A stretch of 64,000 nucleotides of DNA, from contig NC_043001.1 in NCBI RefSeq assembly GCF_006345805.1, forward strand, positions 103,106,001 to 103,170,000, written 5' to 3'. Origin of the DNA: Octopus sinensis (Eukaryota). Of this stretch, positions 1 through 13,339 are shown in pieces (within the stretch, counting starts at the first letter, position 1; the number at the start of each line of letters is the position of its first letter). Position numbers and translations under genes: made by a program. The notes below the pieces were generated by a model, which ran no database searches, was not told where the DNA came from, and saw nothing but the letters and a program-made list of their open reading frames with translations.

Positions 1-1683
1 GGTGCTAGTGAGGAGGGTGGGTGGGAGAGGTAAGGGCAAGTGCGGCAACGTGGGGCCGGACAGGGGAACGAGCGGGTTGGGAGGTAGGGTCAGGGAAGGA
101 GCTATGGACCAAAATGTCTCGAAGGTTGTGGGCTCGTTTGAAAGAGGGGAGGGGTCGGTTAGGGAAGAAGTGTGAAGTGGACGGGTCGGACTGGAGATGA
201 CGGAAAGCTCGAAGAATGGTGCGTTGGGAAGTTGGGTCGTGGGTGTGGTAAGTGAGGGGAAAAGGGAGGCGGGAGACTACAGGCGGGGTTCGGGGAGAGA
301 GAGCAGATACACGTCCACGGACCGTGCTCTGGCAAGGGCGGTGTGGATAGTGGTGAGGGGGTATCCACGTAGGGTGAAGTGGTGAGCCATACGTTAGACT
401 GAGTCTCAAAGTGATGGTCGTCACTACAGAGCCTACGTAGACGGAGGAATTGGGAATAGGGGATGGAAAGCTTGGTGTGTTCTGGGGGGAGGAAGAGAAG
501 TTGAGGTATGAGTGTGAGTCTGTGTGTTTGTAGTGAATGGAGGTGGTAAGAGTGGAGTGAAGAATGCTACCCGAAATGTCGAGGAAGGAGACAGAGGTGT
601 TGGAGATAGTGGAAGTGAAGTGAGGGCTGGATGGAAAGATTGGACGAAAGAGAGGAAGGAATCTAGATGTTCACGGGAGAGTGAGGTGGCACCGATAATG
701 TCGTCAATGTAACGACCATATAGTTCAGGAGTGGGACCTGTGAAATTAGAGAATATTTGGGCCTCAACATAGCCAACGAACAGTTCGCGATAGTTGGGGC
801 CCATTCGCGTTCCCATGGCCACTCCCGAGATCTGATGGTAGAACTCGCCCGCGAACGAGAAGCAGTTCAGAGTAAGGACAAGTTCGGCCAGACGAATGAG
901 TGTGGAGGTGTCAGGTACAGGGTTGGAGCGGAGGTCAAGAAAGTGTCGAAGGGCCTGCAGTCCTTCGTGTGAGGGATAACAGTATAGAGGCTTTGGATGT
1001 CCATAGTAAAAAGGATTTTGGAGGAGCCGGGAGGAAAGGAGAAAGAGTTGAAAAGCCGGAGAGCATGGTTGGTATCGTGGATGTGGGAGGGAAGAGATGC
1101 CACTAGGGGGGCAAGGACACGTCGAGGTATTTAGAGATGAGCTCCGTGGGGCAGTTACAGGCGGAGACGATGGGGCGTGCCAGGGTTGTTGGGTTGGTGG
1201 ATTTTGGGAGGAGTAAATGGTGGGGGTACGTGGGTTTCGCACAATTAGGTTGGATGCGGTTGTGGGGGAGACGGGAGGACGAGATGAGGTCGCGGACAGT
1301 AGAGGATACCGTCTGTTGGTAGCTACGTGTGGGGTTAGAGGGCAGAGGGGAGTAGAAGGAGGTGTCATTGAGTTGGCGGAAAGCCTCGGCCCTATAGAGG
1401 TCCGCGCGCCACACCACTACAGCTCCACCCTTGTCAGCCGGTTTGATGAAATGTCAGCGCGCTGTTGGAGGGAACGAAGAGCCAGAGCTCAGCCGGGGAG
1501 ATGTTGAGGCGGCGTTGGCGCCTGGAGAAGTTGAACCGCTCCAATGCACGCTGACAAGCGCCCGCGAAAAGATCCACTGCTAGGAACTGGCCAGGGGCAG
1601 GCGTCCACGGGGATGGTCGGCGGCCAGGCCAGTGAAGCAGTCCTCTTCGTTGGGTGTGGGTGGCGAGTCGTGGTAATGCGCAC

Positions 1684-1686
<3 letters not shown>
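1..1686 (-). mobile_element. Penelope-like retroelement (Neptune-type) RT region, 5'-truncated, frameshifted; runs off the window's left edge
   Basis: Minus-strand peptides across frameshifts: IKPADKGGAVVVW, ARPIVSAC.CPTE.IS, LFTMDIQSLYTVIP, QISGVAMGTRMGPNY, YGRYIDDI, FKRAHNLRDILVHS, plus a Cys linker (APRCRTCPY) near base 1-60. Abuts (TA)n at 1687. Confidence 0.9.
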
Positions 1687-1734
<48 letters not shown>

Positions 1735-2273
1735 TAATAAAGAAATAAAACATATGCATATATATAAACATATATGTACGTACCTACCTCTACATGTACA
1801 TATACACGCATATATGAGTACAGGACACCAAAGGGACGTCGAACACATAGAGAAACGAAAACATAGACACAAACCAAAGGAACAGGACATTGTTTTAAAA
1901 ACAACAAGAAATGGAGTACACACACGCTCTCATCCTCTCTGCAACACACACACACACACCCACACCCGCTCGTTCTGTTATCAGCTTTTTTCATATCTTG
2001 TCAAACTGAAAGCGAACCGTTCCCATTAACTCCACCGCATATCATGGAGTAAGGTCCAACAATAGTCAAAAGTCTGTTTGTACTTAATTCAACCAAAAAC
2101 AGTGGATATATTTATTCATTTAGTACCAGGAGCTTTTTTTATACACACACACACACACACATATAAATAATAAATACATAAAGTTATCAACACAGTCGGT
2201 TGTGACGAAAGACATCGTTACGTCTCCATTGTATCAAGTTCAACATTTCCGCTCTGCAATTAACACTTTGCAG

Positions 2274-2351
2274 CTCATGTTAGACTAAACCAAACTTCGG
2301 TTCTCGGACTCACAGACAGGTATTATAGTGTATCAGGATCCTTGCTAAAAG
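2274..2351 (+). CDS. Candidate upstream exon (phase 1-1): HVRLNQTSVLGLTDRYYSVSGSLLK
   Basis: cactttgcag| acceptor, aaaag|gtaagt donor, 78 nt and open in the frame the next exon needs. Confidence 0.6.
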
Positions 2352-2399
2352 GTAAGTGAAGAATTCCACTGTAATTCTTTATGTCTCATAGAAAGCGTA

Positions 2400-5300
2400 A
2401 AATTATGAATGGCCGGGGATTTTAATCTTTGTCTGCAAGTCTTTAGACACTTAAGTGTTTATTAAAGCAAGTGGTCGGTATGATAGGGGACCTCAACCTT
2501 GTAGATATTTGGAGAGGTCATATCCCAGGAACATAAGGCTATACTTCTAGACGTTCAAAGCCTATTAGACGAGCAGGGCTAGATTTCTTTCTGGTGTCAC
2601 AGAATTTGTATTCATTCATTTGCGAGTCTTCTATAAAGGTTGGGTACAGATCAGACCATTCTCTTGTAGATATCAAAATAGGATTTTCCAAAGAAGACCG
2701 TAAAAGTACATATTGGAAATTTAATAACTCCCTTTTAAGAGATCCCAAATATGTGTCAGCGGTGAAGGAAACCATTAGCGGCGTGCTTAAGCAACACGCC
2801 CCCACTTTAGATCCTGACAGAGATATTAGCTGAGTTAATATGCCTGAGATTGAATTTATTATAAATGATTAATTTTTTTTGGAAACTCTGTTAGTGGAAA
2901 TCAGAGGGAAAACTATTTCATACGCTGCATTCTTAAAAAAAAAAAAATCTAGAGTAAAAAAAGAACAAGATCTTCTAGATGATATCAAGCAACTGGAAAC
3001 CAATTTGGTAGAAATTGAAAAACTCGAGGAAAAAAAAAAGAATTAGAAGAGATTCGTAAAGCAAAAATGGTGGGTATCATAATTCGCTCAAAGGCCAAGT
3101 GAATAGATGAAGGGGAGAAAGTTAGCCGTTATTTTTGCATCATTTTACGAAACTTTTTATTTTTTTAAGGAGTATGTGCTGAATGATTGTGATCTTGGTG
3201 AACTTTTTTCTGAAGGGACCCTGTATAGGCTTAGTAAGGGAGATTCTGACCCATTGGAATCAATGACTCATGATGGACTTTTGAAATGTTTGAAAAAGGC
3301 AAAAAAAAAAAAACCAATAAAAGTCCAGGTTCGGATGGGTTCACTTAAAATTTTTATAAATTCTTTTGAAAAGATTTATCTCCGTTTTTGTTGAGGTCAT
3401 TCAACCATAGCTTTGCTAAGGGTTATTTGTCAGCGACACAGAGGTAAAGTATTATTACCTGTATTCCCAAAGTAGATAAGCTCAAGAGTTTTTCGAAGAA
3501 CTGGAGACCTATTTCACTTCTCAATACTACCTACAGACTTTTCTCATCTGTTATTGCTGAGAGGTTTAAAAGTCTCCTTCCAAAGTTGGTTAGTATTGAT
3601 CAAACAGGATTCATATCTAACAGATAGATTGGGGACAACGTAAGATCGATATATGATTGATGAACTACACAGAATTAAATGACATCCCGAGAATGTTTTT
3701 AATAGATTTCGAGAAGGCATTTGATTCTGTCTCATGGTCATTTTTAAACAAGACATTAGCTTTTTTGTTTTGTTTTGTTTTGGTGATGACATCCGTAAGT
3801 GGTTCAATTCTGTACCATGGTGCTAGATCTTGTCTGACTATTAAAGGTACATTGTCTCCTTGGTTTCCTGTTGAGCGGGGGCTGTAGACAGGGCGATCCT
3901 CTCTCTATATTTTTATTCTCTGCGTTGAGGTCCTGGCTGGTCTTATAAGAAAAAAAAAATACCGAGATATGAAAGGAATTATAGTTGATGATGGAGAGTA
4001 TCTGTTGACGCAATATGCAGACGACACAGAGTTCATTTTAGCTGGTTCGCAAGAATGAAGCTACAGTTGACACTTTGAATTTTTACGCTGATATATCGGG
4101 AATTAAAATTAGCTATGATAAGTCTCAGGTGATGTGGGTAGGTTCAAGAAAGGGTAGTTCAGTCAGATACCTAATTCAAACATAAAATGGAACCCAAATC
4201 ACTTCAAGCTTCTGGGTGTAATGTTTAAAGGATATGACTAAAAAGAATTTTGAAAATAAATTATTTGAAATTCTGGTACTTGTGCCACGCTGCAGATGTA
4301 TGAAAAGAATAATTACACCAACGGGTAGAATTGCGGTTTTAAAATTACTGCTCATCTCAAATTTGAACTATCTCTTCCTTACTCTCCCAAATCCATCGGG
4401 TAAATTTCTTCAGGAAATAAACAAAATATTATTTAAATTTCTCTGGAGTGGAAAACCTGATAAAATTAAGAGAGCTGTTGTTTGTGAGCCTATTAAAGAA
4501 GGTGGACTTGGAATGGTCGAAGCTTTTGCTTACGGCAACTCTTTAAAGCTATCACTATGAATCCGAATGGAAACACTTATGCTATACCTCCTCCACAAAA
4601 CTGAAAAATTTAGCTGTATTTGGTAACGTTTTCCCAAGCAAACTCGCTAACACTATCAGGAATGATTTTTGACATCATTGTATTTCTGTCTTTGCCAAGT
4701 TTACAAATAACACAGAGCCTAATTCATTTGATGAATTCATAACAGAACCAATTTAATAAACACTTAGGTGTCGGTAAAGTGACAATCGTTTTTTCCTGCG
4801 TGGTTTGAGTGAGGTGTTTGCCAGATTCGTAACTTTATCAGTTTAGATGGATCTTACCGCATCCTGGAAAAATCCCAGAATTTTAAAAAACTAGATACAA
4901 ATTTTCTCCGGTGTAATAGGCTCATCAGGGCCATTAAAAGCTACCAAACAAAGTTTAAAATAAGCAAAACTCTTGCTTTCCAACATTTAGAGGATAATAC
5001 AGCTATCGGAAAGCTCATGTCTGTTAAGAAAGGAGCCGAACGATACTACTATGTTTTAAACAATGTTGAGACTTGTGTAATATTCAAACACAAATGGGAA
5101 GAGTGTATATTTGTTGAACTGGAATGGGAAAAAGATATTTTTTACTACCTATAAAGACAACAACAGATACTAAACTATGATGGTTCCAGTTCAGAATTAT
5201 ACCAAATATTTTAGCAACTAATTCTCTACTATTCAAGATTAAATTGGCCGAAAGCAACCAGTGCACTTTTTGTCAAAGTGAGGTGGAGACGGTATCACAG

Positions 5301-5790
5301 CGTTTCTGGTAATGCGAAAGTGTACAGTCCTTCTGGTAACGCTTCTTAGATTTGCTGTATGAAAAGGGCATACATGTTCGCAACATGAAACTTTACCCAC
5401 AGCTCATTCTATTCGGATTGAGAAAAAAAAAAAAAAAACCCATCTACTGACGGCATCTTTGACTTGCTAATATTATTAGCAAAATTCTTTATATATAAAG
5501 GCAAAGTGTCAAAAACCACGCTCAGCTTCAAACATTTTAGTTAGTTTGTGCACGACAGACATCTAATTGAAAAAAAAAAAAACAAAAAACAAACCCAAAA
5601 CCAGATTATACGATGAAAGCAAGCAAGAGGAATTTTATAAAAAATGGAGTCCCTACTATGAGTCTTTAAACGCGTGGTAATCCTCTGGGGTTACTTCTTG
5701 TAGAACTACATAAAGATTTTATGAGTGATTGACGAGTGAATGTGTAGTAGTGTGTGGTCTATTTTATTTTATTCTGTTTATTTATTTTTT
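2400..5790 (+). mobile_element. Degenerate L1/Tx1-clade LINE ORF2 (APE endonuclease end, RT, Cys zinc-binding region), intronic
   Basis: LDFFLVS..GYRSDHS..YWKFNNSLL; KNWRPISLLN; LIDFEKAFDSVSW; CRQGDPLS; QYADDT; EGGLGM; CTFC near 5262. Many stops and frameshifts. Confidence 0.9.
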
Positions 5791-5791
5791 A

Positions 5792-6023
5792 TTTACTCTT
5801 TTACTTGTTTCCGTCATTTGACTGTGGCCATGCTGGAGCACCGACTTTAGTCAAGCAAATCGACCCCAGGACTTATTCTTTGTAAGCCTAGTACTTATTC
5901 TATCGGTCTTTTTTGCCGAACCACTAAGTTATGAGGACGTAAACACACCAGCATCAGTTGTCAAGCGATGTTGGGGGACAAACACAGACACAAACACAGA
6001 CACAAACACACACACACACATAC

Positions 6024-6088
<65 letters not shown>

Positions 6089-6198
6089 TACGACGGGCTT
6101 CTTTCAGTTTCCGTCTACCAAATCCACTCACAAGGCTTTGGTCGGCCTGAGGCTATAGTAGAAGACACTTGCCCAAGGTGCCACGCAGTGGGACAGAA
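5792..6198 (-). mobile_element. tRNA-derived SINE family A (octopus-type) with internal (CA)/(TA) microsatellite
   Basis: Same sequence as copies at 28231, 33663, 36564 and 49582; CCTTGGGCAAGTG after the tRNA-like head; AGTAAAAG tail. Confidence 0.85.
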
Positions 6199-6409
6199 TG
6201 CTGTAGTGCTCAAATGATTTAAGTTCCGTAGTCTTTATCGCTGACAGGGTCCAAAGGGTAAAACTTGGCTATAAAAGAAATCCAGGTAGGCTGATAGTGA
6301 TGCAGATAAACACAATATATATATATATGGGGATATGTATAGATACATTATCTATTCAGAAGATAAACATATATGTGTAAGCATATAAATATTTATTTGT
6401 ATATATACT

Positions 6410-6590
6410 GGTTTCCAATTTTGGCACAAGACCATCATTTTCGGGGGTAGAGAGTCAGTCGATTAAATCGATCCCAGTGCTCAACTGGTACTTATTTTAT
6501 TGACCCCGAAAGAATGAAAGGCAAAGCCGACCATAGCAGAATTTCAACGTTACCCTGCGTGCTAACGATTCTGCCAGCTCACCGCCTTAA
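6410..6590 (-). mobile_element. tRNA-derived SINE family B (Nin-like core), partial
   Basis: Reverse complement of GAGCTGGCAGAATCGTTAGCACG...CTTTCATTCTTTCGGGGTC...AAGTACCAG. Confidence 0.75.
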
Positions 6591-6805
6591 GATATTAATG
6601 TATTTTGGCAAATAAATTTACTTTTACATGGAGTATAAAAAATACAGAAACGTAATTGGAGAATGCATATTTTTTGAAAACTCGACAGCTGTTTCAAGGA
6701 GCTCGGATTTACGTAGAAGTTGTAATACTCATAGCGGATGGAAAACGCAAAAATTCATGAATATGCAGCTATCTATCAATCTATCTATCTATCTATCTAT
6801 CTATC

Positions 6806-6932
<127 letters not shown>

Positions 6933-7636
6933 TGAACTTGTAATATTTTTCTTTCCGTATATTTCCAGAATTACCATTTTTTGGCATATAATTGCCAGGC
7001 ACCACCGCTCGAGAAATCGCTGAAGAATATAAGGTTGATATCCATATCAAATTATTGAAATTACTGCCGATAATGTTTCTATGGAAAACATCACTTTTGA
7101 TGCAGATTTTATTTTTGACTTGTTGCCCAACTTCTTCATGGGGAACACCTTGGAACTGCAGTGTCACTGGTAAGACGCACACTTTCTTCCCAGCAGGGTC
7201 CCTTCTTGTTCTTCAGCAAAGCGATTTTAATCCTTGTTTATTGATTTCTGTTCAAGTCTTCAGACTATCATCGTGTCATTTTCTTCTCATTTTCTTCTCA
7301 TTTTCTTCAATTTTATCTGTTTTCTGCTCAATGTGGGAAGTTTGAAAGCTCATAACTTGCTGTGAGTTTAGTGAATTAGACATTGGGTTGGCAACTCCAG
7401 TAGACACCTCTGGCATGACAACCCCTAATTTAGCTTTGAAGGAAACTTTGGCAGGATCACTATAACATATTCATCTTGTAGGTGAAAACTCCTCAACATT
7501 CAGCAGAACAAAACAACATGAAGAAAATCCTTAAACAGGAACAATAATGGCTTTATTCATTACGGTGTGTGCCGCAACTTTACAGATAATAGTTTTTCAA
7601 TGTTGCGTATGAGACATATCATCATCATCATTGTTG

Positions 7637-7685
<49 letters not shown>

Positions 7686-8154
7686 TGTTTTAAGTCCGTT
7701 TTCCATGCTGGCATGGGTTGGACAGTTTGACTGGGGACTGGCAAGCCAGGATGTCTCACCAGACACCAATCTGATCTGACAACGTTTCTAGTTTAGAAAA
7801 ATACCTTCTAAAAATACTTAGTATATGAAAATACCTTGAAATAAAAACGATGCATCTTATGACCAGAGAACGGTTGTAAGAACAACCTACATACACTCAA
7901 TGCTTCTCATCCAAAACTCATATGCAAAAAGGGGAAGATTAACTTTGGTTTTTTTCCTTTTATAATTCATGGAATGTTCCAGAACGTTCTACAGAAGGTC
8001 ACTCAAGCTACATCCCTTTTAAAATTTTTTTTTATTTAATTAACTGAGAGGGCACTACATGAGCTTTCAGACATTGCCACTGGCAAAGACCCACACCCGC
8101 ATAGTTTTCTTATCACTATGACTCGCAAATAACCACCAATACACCGGCTGCTCT

Positions 8155-8408
8155 TGCTAAGGTATTTTTCAATGTTATTATTCCGAGTTCGATTCCAGGC
8201 TGTGACCATAATAATAATAATAATAATAATAATGATAATAATAATAATAATAATAATAATAACATTGAAAAATACCTTAGCAATGAGAACCCAGGTTTGA
8301 AATTTCTCCAAGACATCTGATGAAGGCTGGAGGGTATATCTGCCGAAACGTTGTGTTAACAACAAACAAGATAAGGACAAATATCCGTCAAATGTAAATA
8401 ATGTACAA
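8155..8408 (+). mobile_element. Penelope pLTR-like tRNA-head/(AAT)n/hammerhead module with a short inverted 5' segment
   Basis: B-box GAGTTCGATTCC, (AAT)n, hammerhead core at 8312-8357; 8157-8180 is the reverse complement of 8257-8280. Confidence 0.75.
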
Positions 8409-8479
8409 ACATATTTTATTTCTCAATTTAATTTGCTTTCTCTTTGAATCTAATTTTAGTGTTGTCTTATTTCTGTCAG

Positions 8480-8680
8480 GTCCAGTCATAGTGACGTCAT
8501 TCTCGTTACCAGAGAGGTATTCAGTTCAAACCGAGTCCAAACAGAACAACAGCTCAAACATACATATTATGCATGAAATCTATTTTCACAACGTTTCAAA
8601 GCTAACAGTCAGAAATCTAACTCACATCACAAGTTGTTTGTATGATTATAACTTTGACCAACTTGTAACAATAGTCACAG
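8480..8680 (+). CDS. Exon, repeat 1 start: PVIVTSFSLPERYSVQTE...LYDYNFDQLVTIVT
   Basis: ttctgtcag| ... cacag|gtaagc; 201 nt, phase 1-1; lies within ORF 8401-8940. Confidence 0.85.
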
Positions 8681-8843
8681 GTAAGCGGCAGATTGATGGA
8701 AGTTTCAGAAACTTAAAAAAACCATTATTTAGAATTTCTAATGACATCGACCATGTGGCAATTTCGGCAAAAGTCTTCAACCATACCCTTGGGCTGACCA
8801 AAGCCTTGTTAACGGATTTGTACACGGAAGCTGAAAGAATCCA

Positions 8844-8909
<66 letters not shown>

Positions 8910-8911
<2 letters not shown>

Positions 8912-9290
8912 TTATCATCATCATCATCATCATCGTTTAACATCTGTTTTCCATGCTGGCATGGGTTGGACGGTTTGACTGGATACTGGCCAGCCAGCCA
9001 GAAGGCTGCACCAGGCTCCAATATGATCTGGCATGGTTTCTACAGCTGGATGCCCTTCCTAATGCTAACCACTCCGAGAGTGTAGTGGGTGTTTTTTACG
9101 TGTCACCAGCACAGGAGCCAGTCAGGTGGCACTGGCATCAACCACGTTCGGATGATGCCTTTTATGTGCCACCAGCACAGGAGCCAGTCAGGCAGCACTG
9201 GCATCAACCCATGCTTGAATGGTGCTTATTACATGCCACCAACACGGGTGCCACTTAGGTGGCACTGGCGTCGGCCACAACTACGATTTC
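8910..9290 (-). mobile_element. 3' tail of the RTE family (5'-truncated copy); also at 7615-7790, 14098-14400, 15115-15460, 25398-25750, 27590-27930, 29398-29850, 39518-39582 (-) and 34395-34768 (+)
   Basis: (CAT)n-CGTTTAA..TTTTCCATGCT(A/G)GCATGGGTTGGA is the reverse complement of RTE end 45320-45388. Confidence 0.85.
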
Positions 9291-9795
9291 CATTTTTATT
9301 TTTATTTAAAATTTTTTTATTTTACTTGACCCAATAGGTCTTCTCAAGCACAGTGTAGCACCCGATGATTCAAGGGTACTTTCAAATGGTCTGCTTTACA
9401 TACATACATGTATGTTTGTATGTATGTATGTATGTATGTATGTATGTATGTATGTATGTATGTATGTATGTATGTATGTATGTATGTCATTATTCAGTTT
9501 ATTTCAAGATTTCTTGCCAATAGAGTATGAGCCGGTTTCTAACCTAGATCCAAGGCTCCTTCACTGGAACTTCAAAATCAACAACAGTGTATGCATGTAT
9601 GTATGTATGTATGTGTGTATGTGTGTATGTATGTATGTATGTATGTATGTATGTATGTATGTATGTATGTATGCATGCATGTGTGTATGTATGTATGTAT
9701 GTATGTATTAATATATGGATGTATGTATGTGTGTATGTGTGTATGTATGTATGTATGTATGTGTGTGTGTGTGTGTGTATCTATGTATGTATGTA

Positions 9796-9832
<37 letters not shown>

Positions 9833-9900
9833 AAACAAAGATGATATAGTCAACTTTTAATACACATATCTTCTTTTGATACACATATCTTTTAATATAG

Positions 9901-10019
9901 ATTTGGAAGGAACAAGAATTGGCTCTTGCTCTGTAAATCCACTGGAAAAGCTCTCACCCTGCGTACCTGGTCATACAGAGACTATACCACTTTTTCAAAT
10001 TTCACGTCTTGGAACCTGG
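9901..10019 (+). CDS. Exon: DLEGTRIGSCSVNPLEKLSPCVPGHTETIPLFQISRLGTW
   Basis: taatatag| ... tgg|gtaaga; phase 1-0. Confidence 0.85.
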
Positions 10020-11019
10020 GTAAGATGTTTCTTCATATTAATAAATTGTTACTTATAACATAGATTGAACTTTTTCTAGGGTTATGTTTTTGATTTCAAT
10101 TTTGATTCATTAGTTACATCATTTTTGTGCCTTTTATGTTTCCAGGGGACTTATAAAGTAAGTTTTTGGATCAGGTCCTTCCTTCAGATTGAACTTGCAC
10201 AGTTTGAATTCTGTTTGCGGAAATTTTCATAAATAAAAACAGAATCTTTCAGATAGAGTAAAATGTCTCCAGCAAAAATATGACCCTTAGATTATATAGA
10301 AACACAGTCCAAGTTTTCCATTGTTAATGTCATCAGCCAGAATTGTTTTAGAGGACAACAGATGGCACCAGATCTGAAGAGAAAAGACAGAACTTGACAA
10401 ATATGACAAATAGATAAAATGAATGCCATAAGTTTAGTGACCTGAAGAGTGAAGCATAACGACTGGCTTATGTTTGCATTTGGCTGTCTGCACAGCTATG
10501 GTTGCTAAATTGTTGTGTTGCAGAAACAAGCGCCTACACTAACACCATTTTGCAAGTAAAGTCTTCAGCCTCTCTCAACACACATTCTTCTACTATGAAC
10601 ACAACACAACTCCACAAACTCACTCCAATGTGTTTTTTTTTCTTTGAACCGCTGTGTTTCATGTTAATTTCTAACAATAAAAAAAGTTGTGTCTGGGGAG
10701 ACTCATTCTCTTTTGGTGCCTTATAATTTAACACACTCACTGGTAAAATTTCCACTTGCTTGTGAGTATGTTAAATAATAAGGTACCGAAAGAGAATGAC
10801 TCTCCCCAGACACAACAGAATATGCTTCAACACATGAACTCATATAAAGAATCTTGCAAACCAAATCCAAAAACGAAATAAAAAAATGATGAACTGAAAA
10901 GGGAAAAAAAAACAATATATTCCATATTCACATAATACCACCCTTACCTTAATCTTTAAATACCAGTCATATTCTAGGGAAAGTATAATTCATCTAAAAA
11001 GAAATTGTAAGCTTATACT

Positions 11020-11442
11020 TATGAAAGTTCCTTCCAGACCTATGGTAACATGGTGGTGGAACAAAACTGTAGACAGGGCCATTAGAGCAAAGAAACAAGC
11101 GTGGAAGGGCGGGGGTAGCAGGGAACTGTATCGGATAGCCAAAAGGGAAGCTAGGAGACAGGTCTATACATAGTCAAGGGAGTAGCAGAAAAGAAGTTTG
11201 CCAATGTTCTGGAACATGAGGACCAAAGAACGGAAGTATTTCGGATTGCAAGACAGTGTGTGATAGAAATGTGTCTGCATGGATGATGGTGCCCTTGTGT
11301 TTAATGATTCTGTAAAGAAAGAGGCTTGAAGATGCCATTATGACAGATTGTTGAATGTGGAGAATGAATGGGAGGAGGAGAGTCTGCTAATGGTTGACCC
11401 ACTTGAGGGACCAGAGTCAATCAATGAGGATGATGATGATGG
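11020..11442 (+). mobile_element. Internal RTE fragment
   Basis: Matches 42675-43105 (TWWWN, AKREARRQV, EDQR.EVFRIARQCV); followed by a short (GAT)n. Confidence 0.85.
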
Positions 11443-11552
11443 AACTAGTCCTCAGGAAGCCTAAGCAAAGATGTAACTGTTACCATGTAAACTGACAAAT
11501 ACAGTCACGATAAAAAATGAATGTTGTTATTATTATAGTTGCTGTATTTCAG

Positions 11553-11765
11553 ACGGCAAGCTGGCAGAATTGTTAGCATGCTGGACTAAATGCTTAGCAG
11601 TATTTCACCCACCATTACGTTCTGAGTTCAAATTTCACTGAGGTCGACTTTATCTTTCATCCTTTCAGGGGTCAATAAAATAAGTACCAGTTGTATTCTG
11701 GGGATCGACGAAATTGACTACCCCCTCCCCCAAATTTCAGGCCTTGTGCTTATAGTAGAAAGGCT
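11553..11765 (+). mobile_element. SINE family B
   Basis: GCTGGCAGAATTGTTAGC...GAGTTCAAAT...GTCGACTTTATCTTTCATCCTTTC core. Confidence 0.8.
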
Positions 11766-11843
11766 TACATTTGGTGTATTCTTATTTACATTATTTACAT
11801 TATTTACACTTGACAGATATTTGTCCTCATCTTGTTTGTTTTT

Positions 11844-11889
11844 AAAACGACGTTTCGGCTGATATATCCTCCAGCCTTCATCAGGTGTC
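11844..11889 (-). ncRNA. Minimal hammerhead ribozyme with GUC triplet
   Basis: Reverse complement: GACAC CTGATGA A GGCTG..CAGCC GAAA CGTC GTTTT. Confidence 0.65.
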
Positions 11890-12027
11890 TTGGGGAAATT
11901 CCAAACCTGGGTTCTCATTCCTAAGGTATTTTTCAATGTAATAATAATAATAATAATTATGATAATAATAACAACAACATCGAAAATATCCCTTAGAAAT
12001 GAGAACCCAGGTTCAAAATTTCCCCAA

Positions 12028-12073
12028 GACACCTGATGAAGGCTGGAGGGTATATCAGCCGAAACATTGTGTT
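12028..12073 (+). ncRNA. Minimal hammerhead ribozyme (stem III CG>CA decay)
   Basis: GACAC CTGATGA A GGCTG..CAGCC GAAA CATT GTGTT. Confidence 0.6.
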
Positions 12074-12519
12074 ATCAACAAACAAGATGAGGACAAATAT
12101 CCGTCAAGTGCAAACAATGTACATAATTCCTCATCTCTTAAATATAGAACTGTATTTGGTGTATTGTTCTCTTCTCACTTTTGCAAAATTACAATTAAAA
12201 AACAAAATATAAAAATCAGAATGAGATTTTGCTTTGTTTTAATTGCCATGTCACTGCTTCCATTGTTGACTTTGGAACTATTGACCGATTTTATCTGTAT
12301 CATGTCAGCACTTTCTATCCTATTCTCATCACCATTCCCATCATCACCAATATCCTCCTCCTCCTCCTCCTCACCACCACCACCACCACCACCACCACCA
12401 CAACCATCACCACCACCACCAACACCACCACCACCACCATCAGCATCATCAAATAAAATTTCATTGAAATGATGTTGAGAAGTTTTTTTCTGACTGAAAT
12501 GATTCCACAAATTTTTCAG

Positions 12520-12625
12520 GTGGCAACAGATATGGTTAAAGTACGTCAGATAGAGTCTACCCATTTCGAACTGTGTCTCAATTACTCAAGCCATGAAGAA
12601 ATTAAGTTACATGCATACATTGCCG
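12520..12625 (+). CDS. Exon: VATDMVKVRQIESTHFELCLNYSSHEEIKLHAYIA
   Basis: atttttcag| ... gccg|gtaagt; phase 0-1. Confidence 0.85.
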
Positions 12626-12637
12626 GTAAGTAGTCAG

Positions 12638-12699
<62 letters not shown>

Positions 12700-13339
12700 G
12701 TGTATGCTTGTATATATGTGAGATAATAGTTTCAGTATTAATAGTGAAAGTATTAAACTGAAAGTATTATCTCATATCACAATAGAGATGTTATTGTTTC
12801 ACTTTTGGCATGTAATACTGAAATAGTGTAAAAGATAAGAGATTGCTCTGGGCTCGCATTAGGCAAGAAGTTGAAAATTGTTTTGGCCCATGGCACTGCA
12901 TGGACCCTAAGTAAGGCATGTGTAAAATTTGAATGAAATTGGTTGGATAGTTCTCAAGTTTTAGTGATGTATACATACAGACAGGCAGACAGGCACACAT
13001 GCTCAGTTTTATATATATATAGATTATAATATTTCCATTATGTGTGGTCTATGGTGTGAATGCATCTTAATTAAGGTTCTTTCTCCTGATCTAATTAAGG
13101 CTCTTTCTCCTTCTAAGTGTAATAAAATATTCTGTTCCCTTAATATCTAAAAAAGGTCACAGTCATATTGTATTTCCATGCTAACTCTGCTGTCTTCTAC
13201 CCTGAAGTTTTATGGTCACTCACCATGAACATACTTTACAAGGATCTGTCTAATACTTGAATACTCAGTTCGCTTCACCCACCCCAGATGGGTAAAACCT
13301 TGAACAAAGCCACACAGGAATATCTGCCTGGGATAAATA

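Larger units (their letters stand above)
11780..12152. mobile_element. Two inverted copies of the hammerhead pLTR module joined at (AAT)n
   Basis: Minus copy 11780-11940 and plus copy 11940-12152, each with CTGATGA..GAAAC. Confidence 0.8.

Noticed and set aside
6960-7510. Coding-like, charged minus-strand stretch
   Set aside because: Multiple stops and no recognisable family; unassignable relic.
8681-8845. Continuation of ORF 8401-8940 as coding
   Set aside because: A strong donor at 8681 joins in phase to 9901, and the continuation runs into (TA)n.
9412-9860. ORFs of [12 protein letters not shown] repeats here and at many other loci
   Set aside because: Translations of stop-free microsatellites.
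11999-12564. Poly-Pro/Gly/Thr ORFs
   Set aside because: (CCT)/(CCA)n simple repeat plus pLTR sequence; the real exon is 12520-12625.
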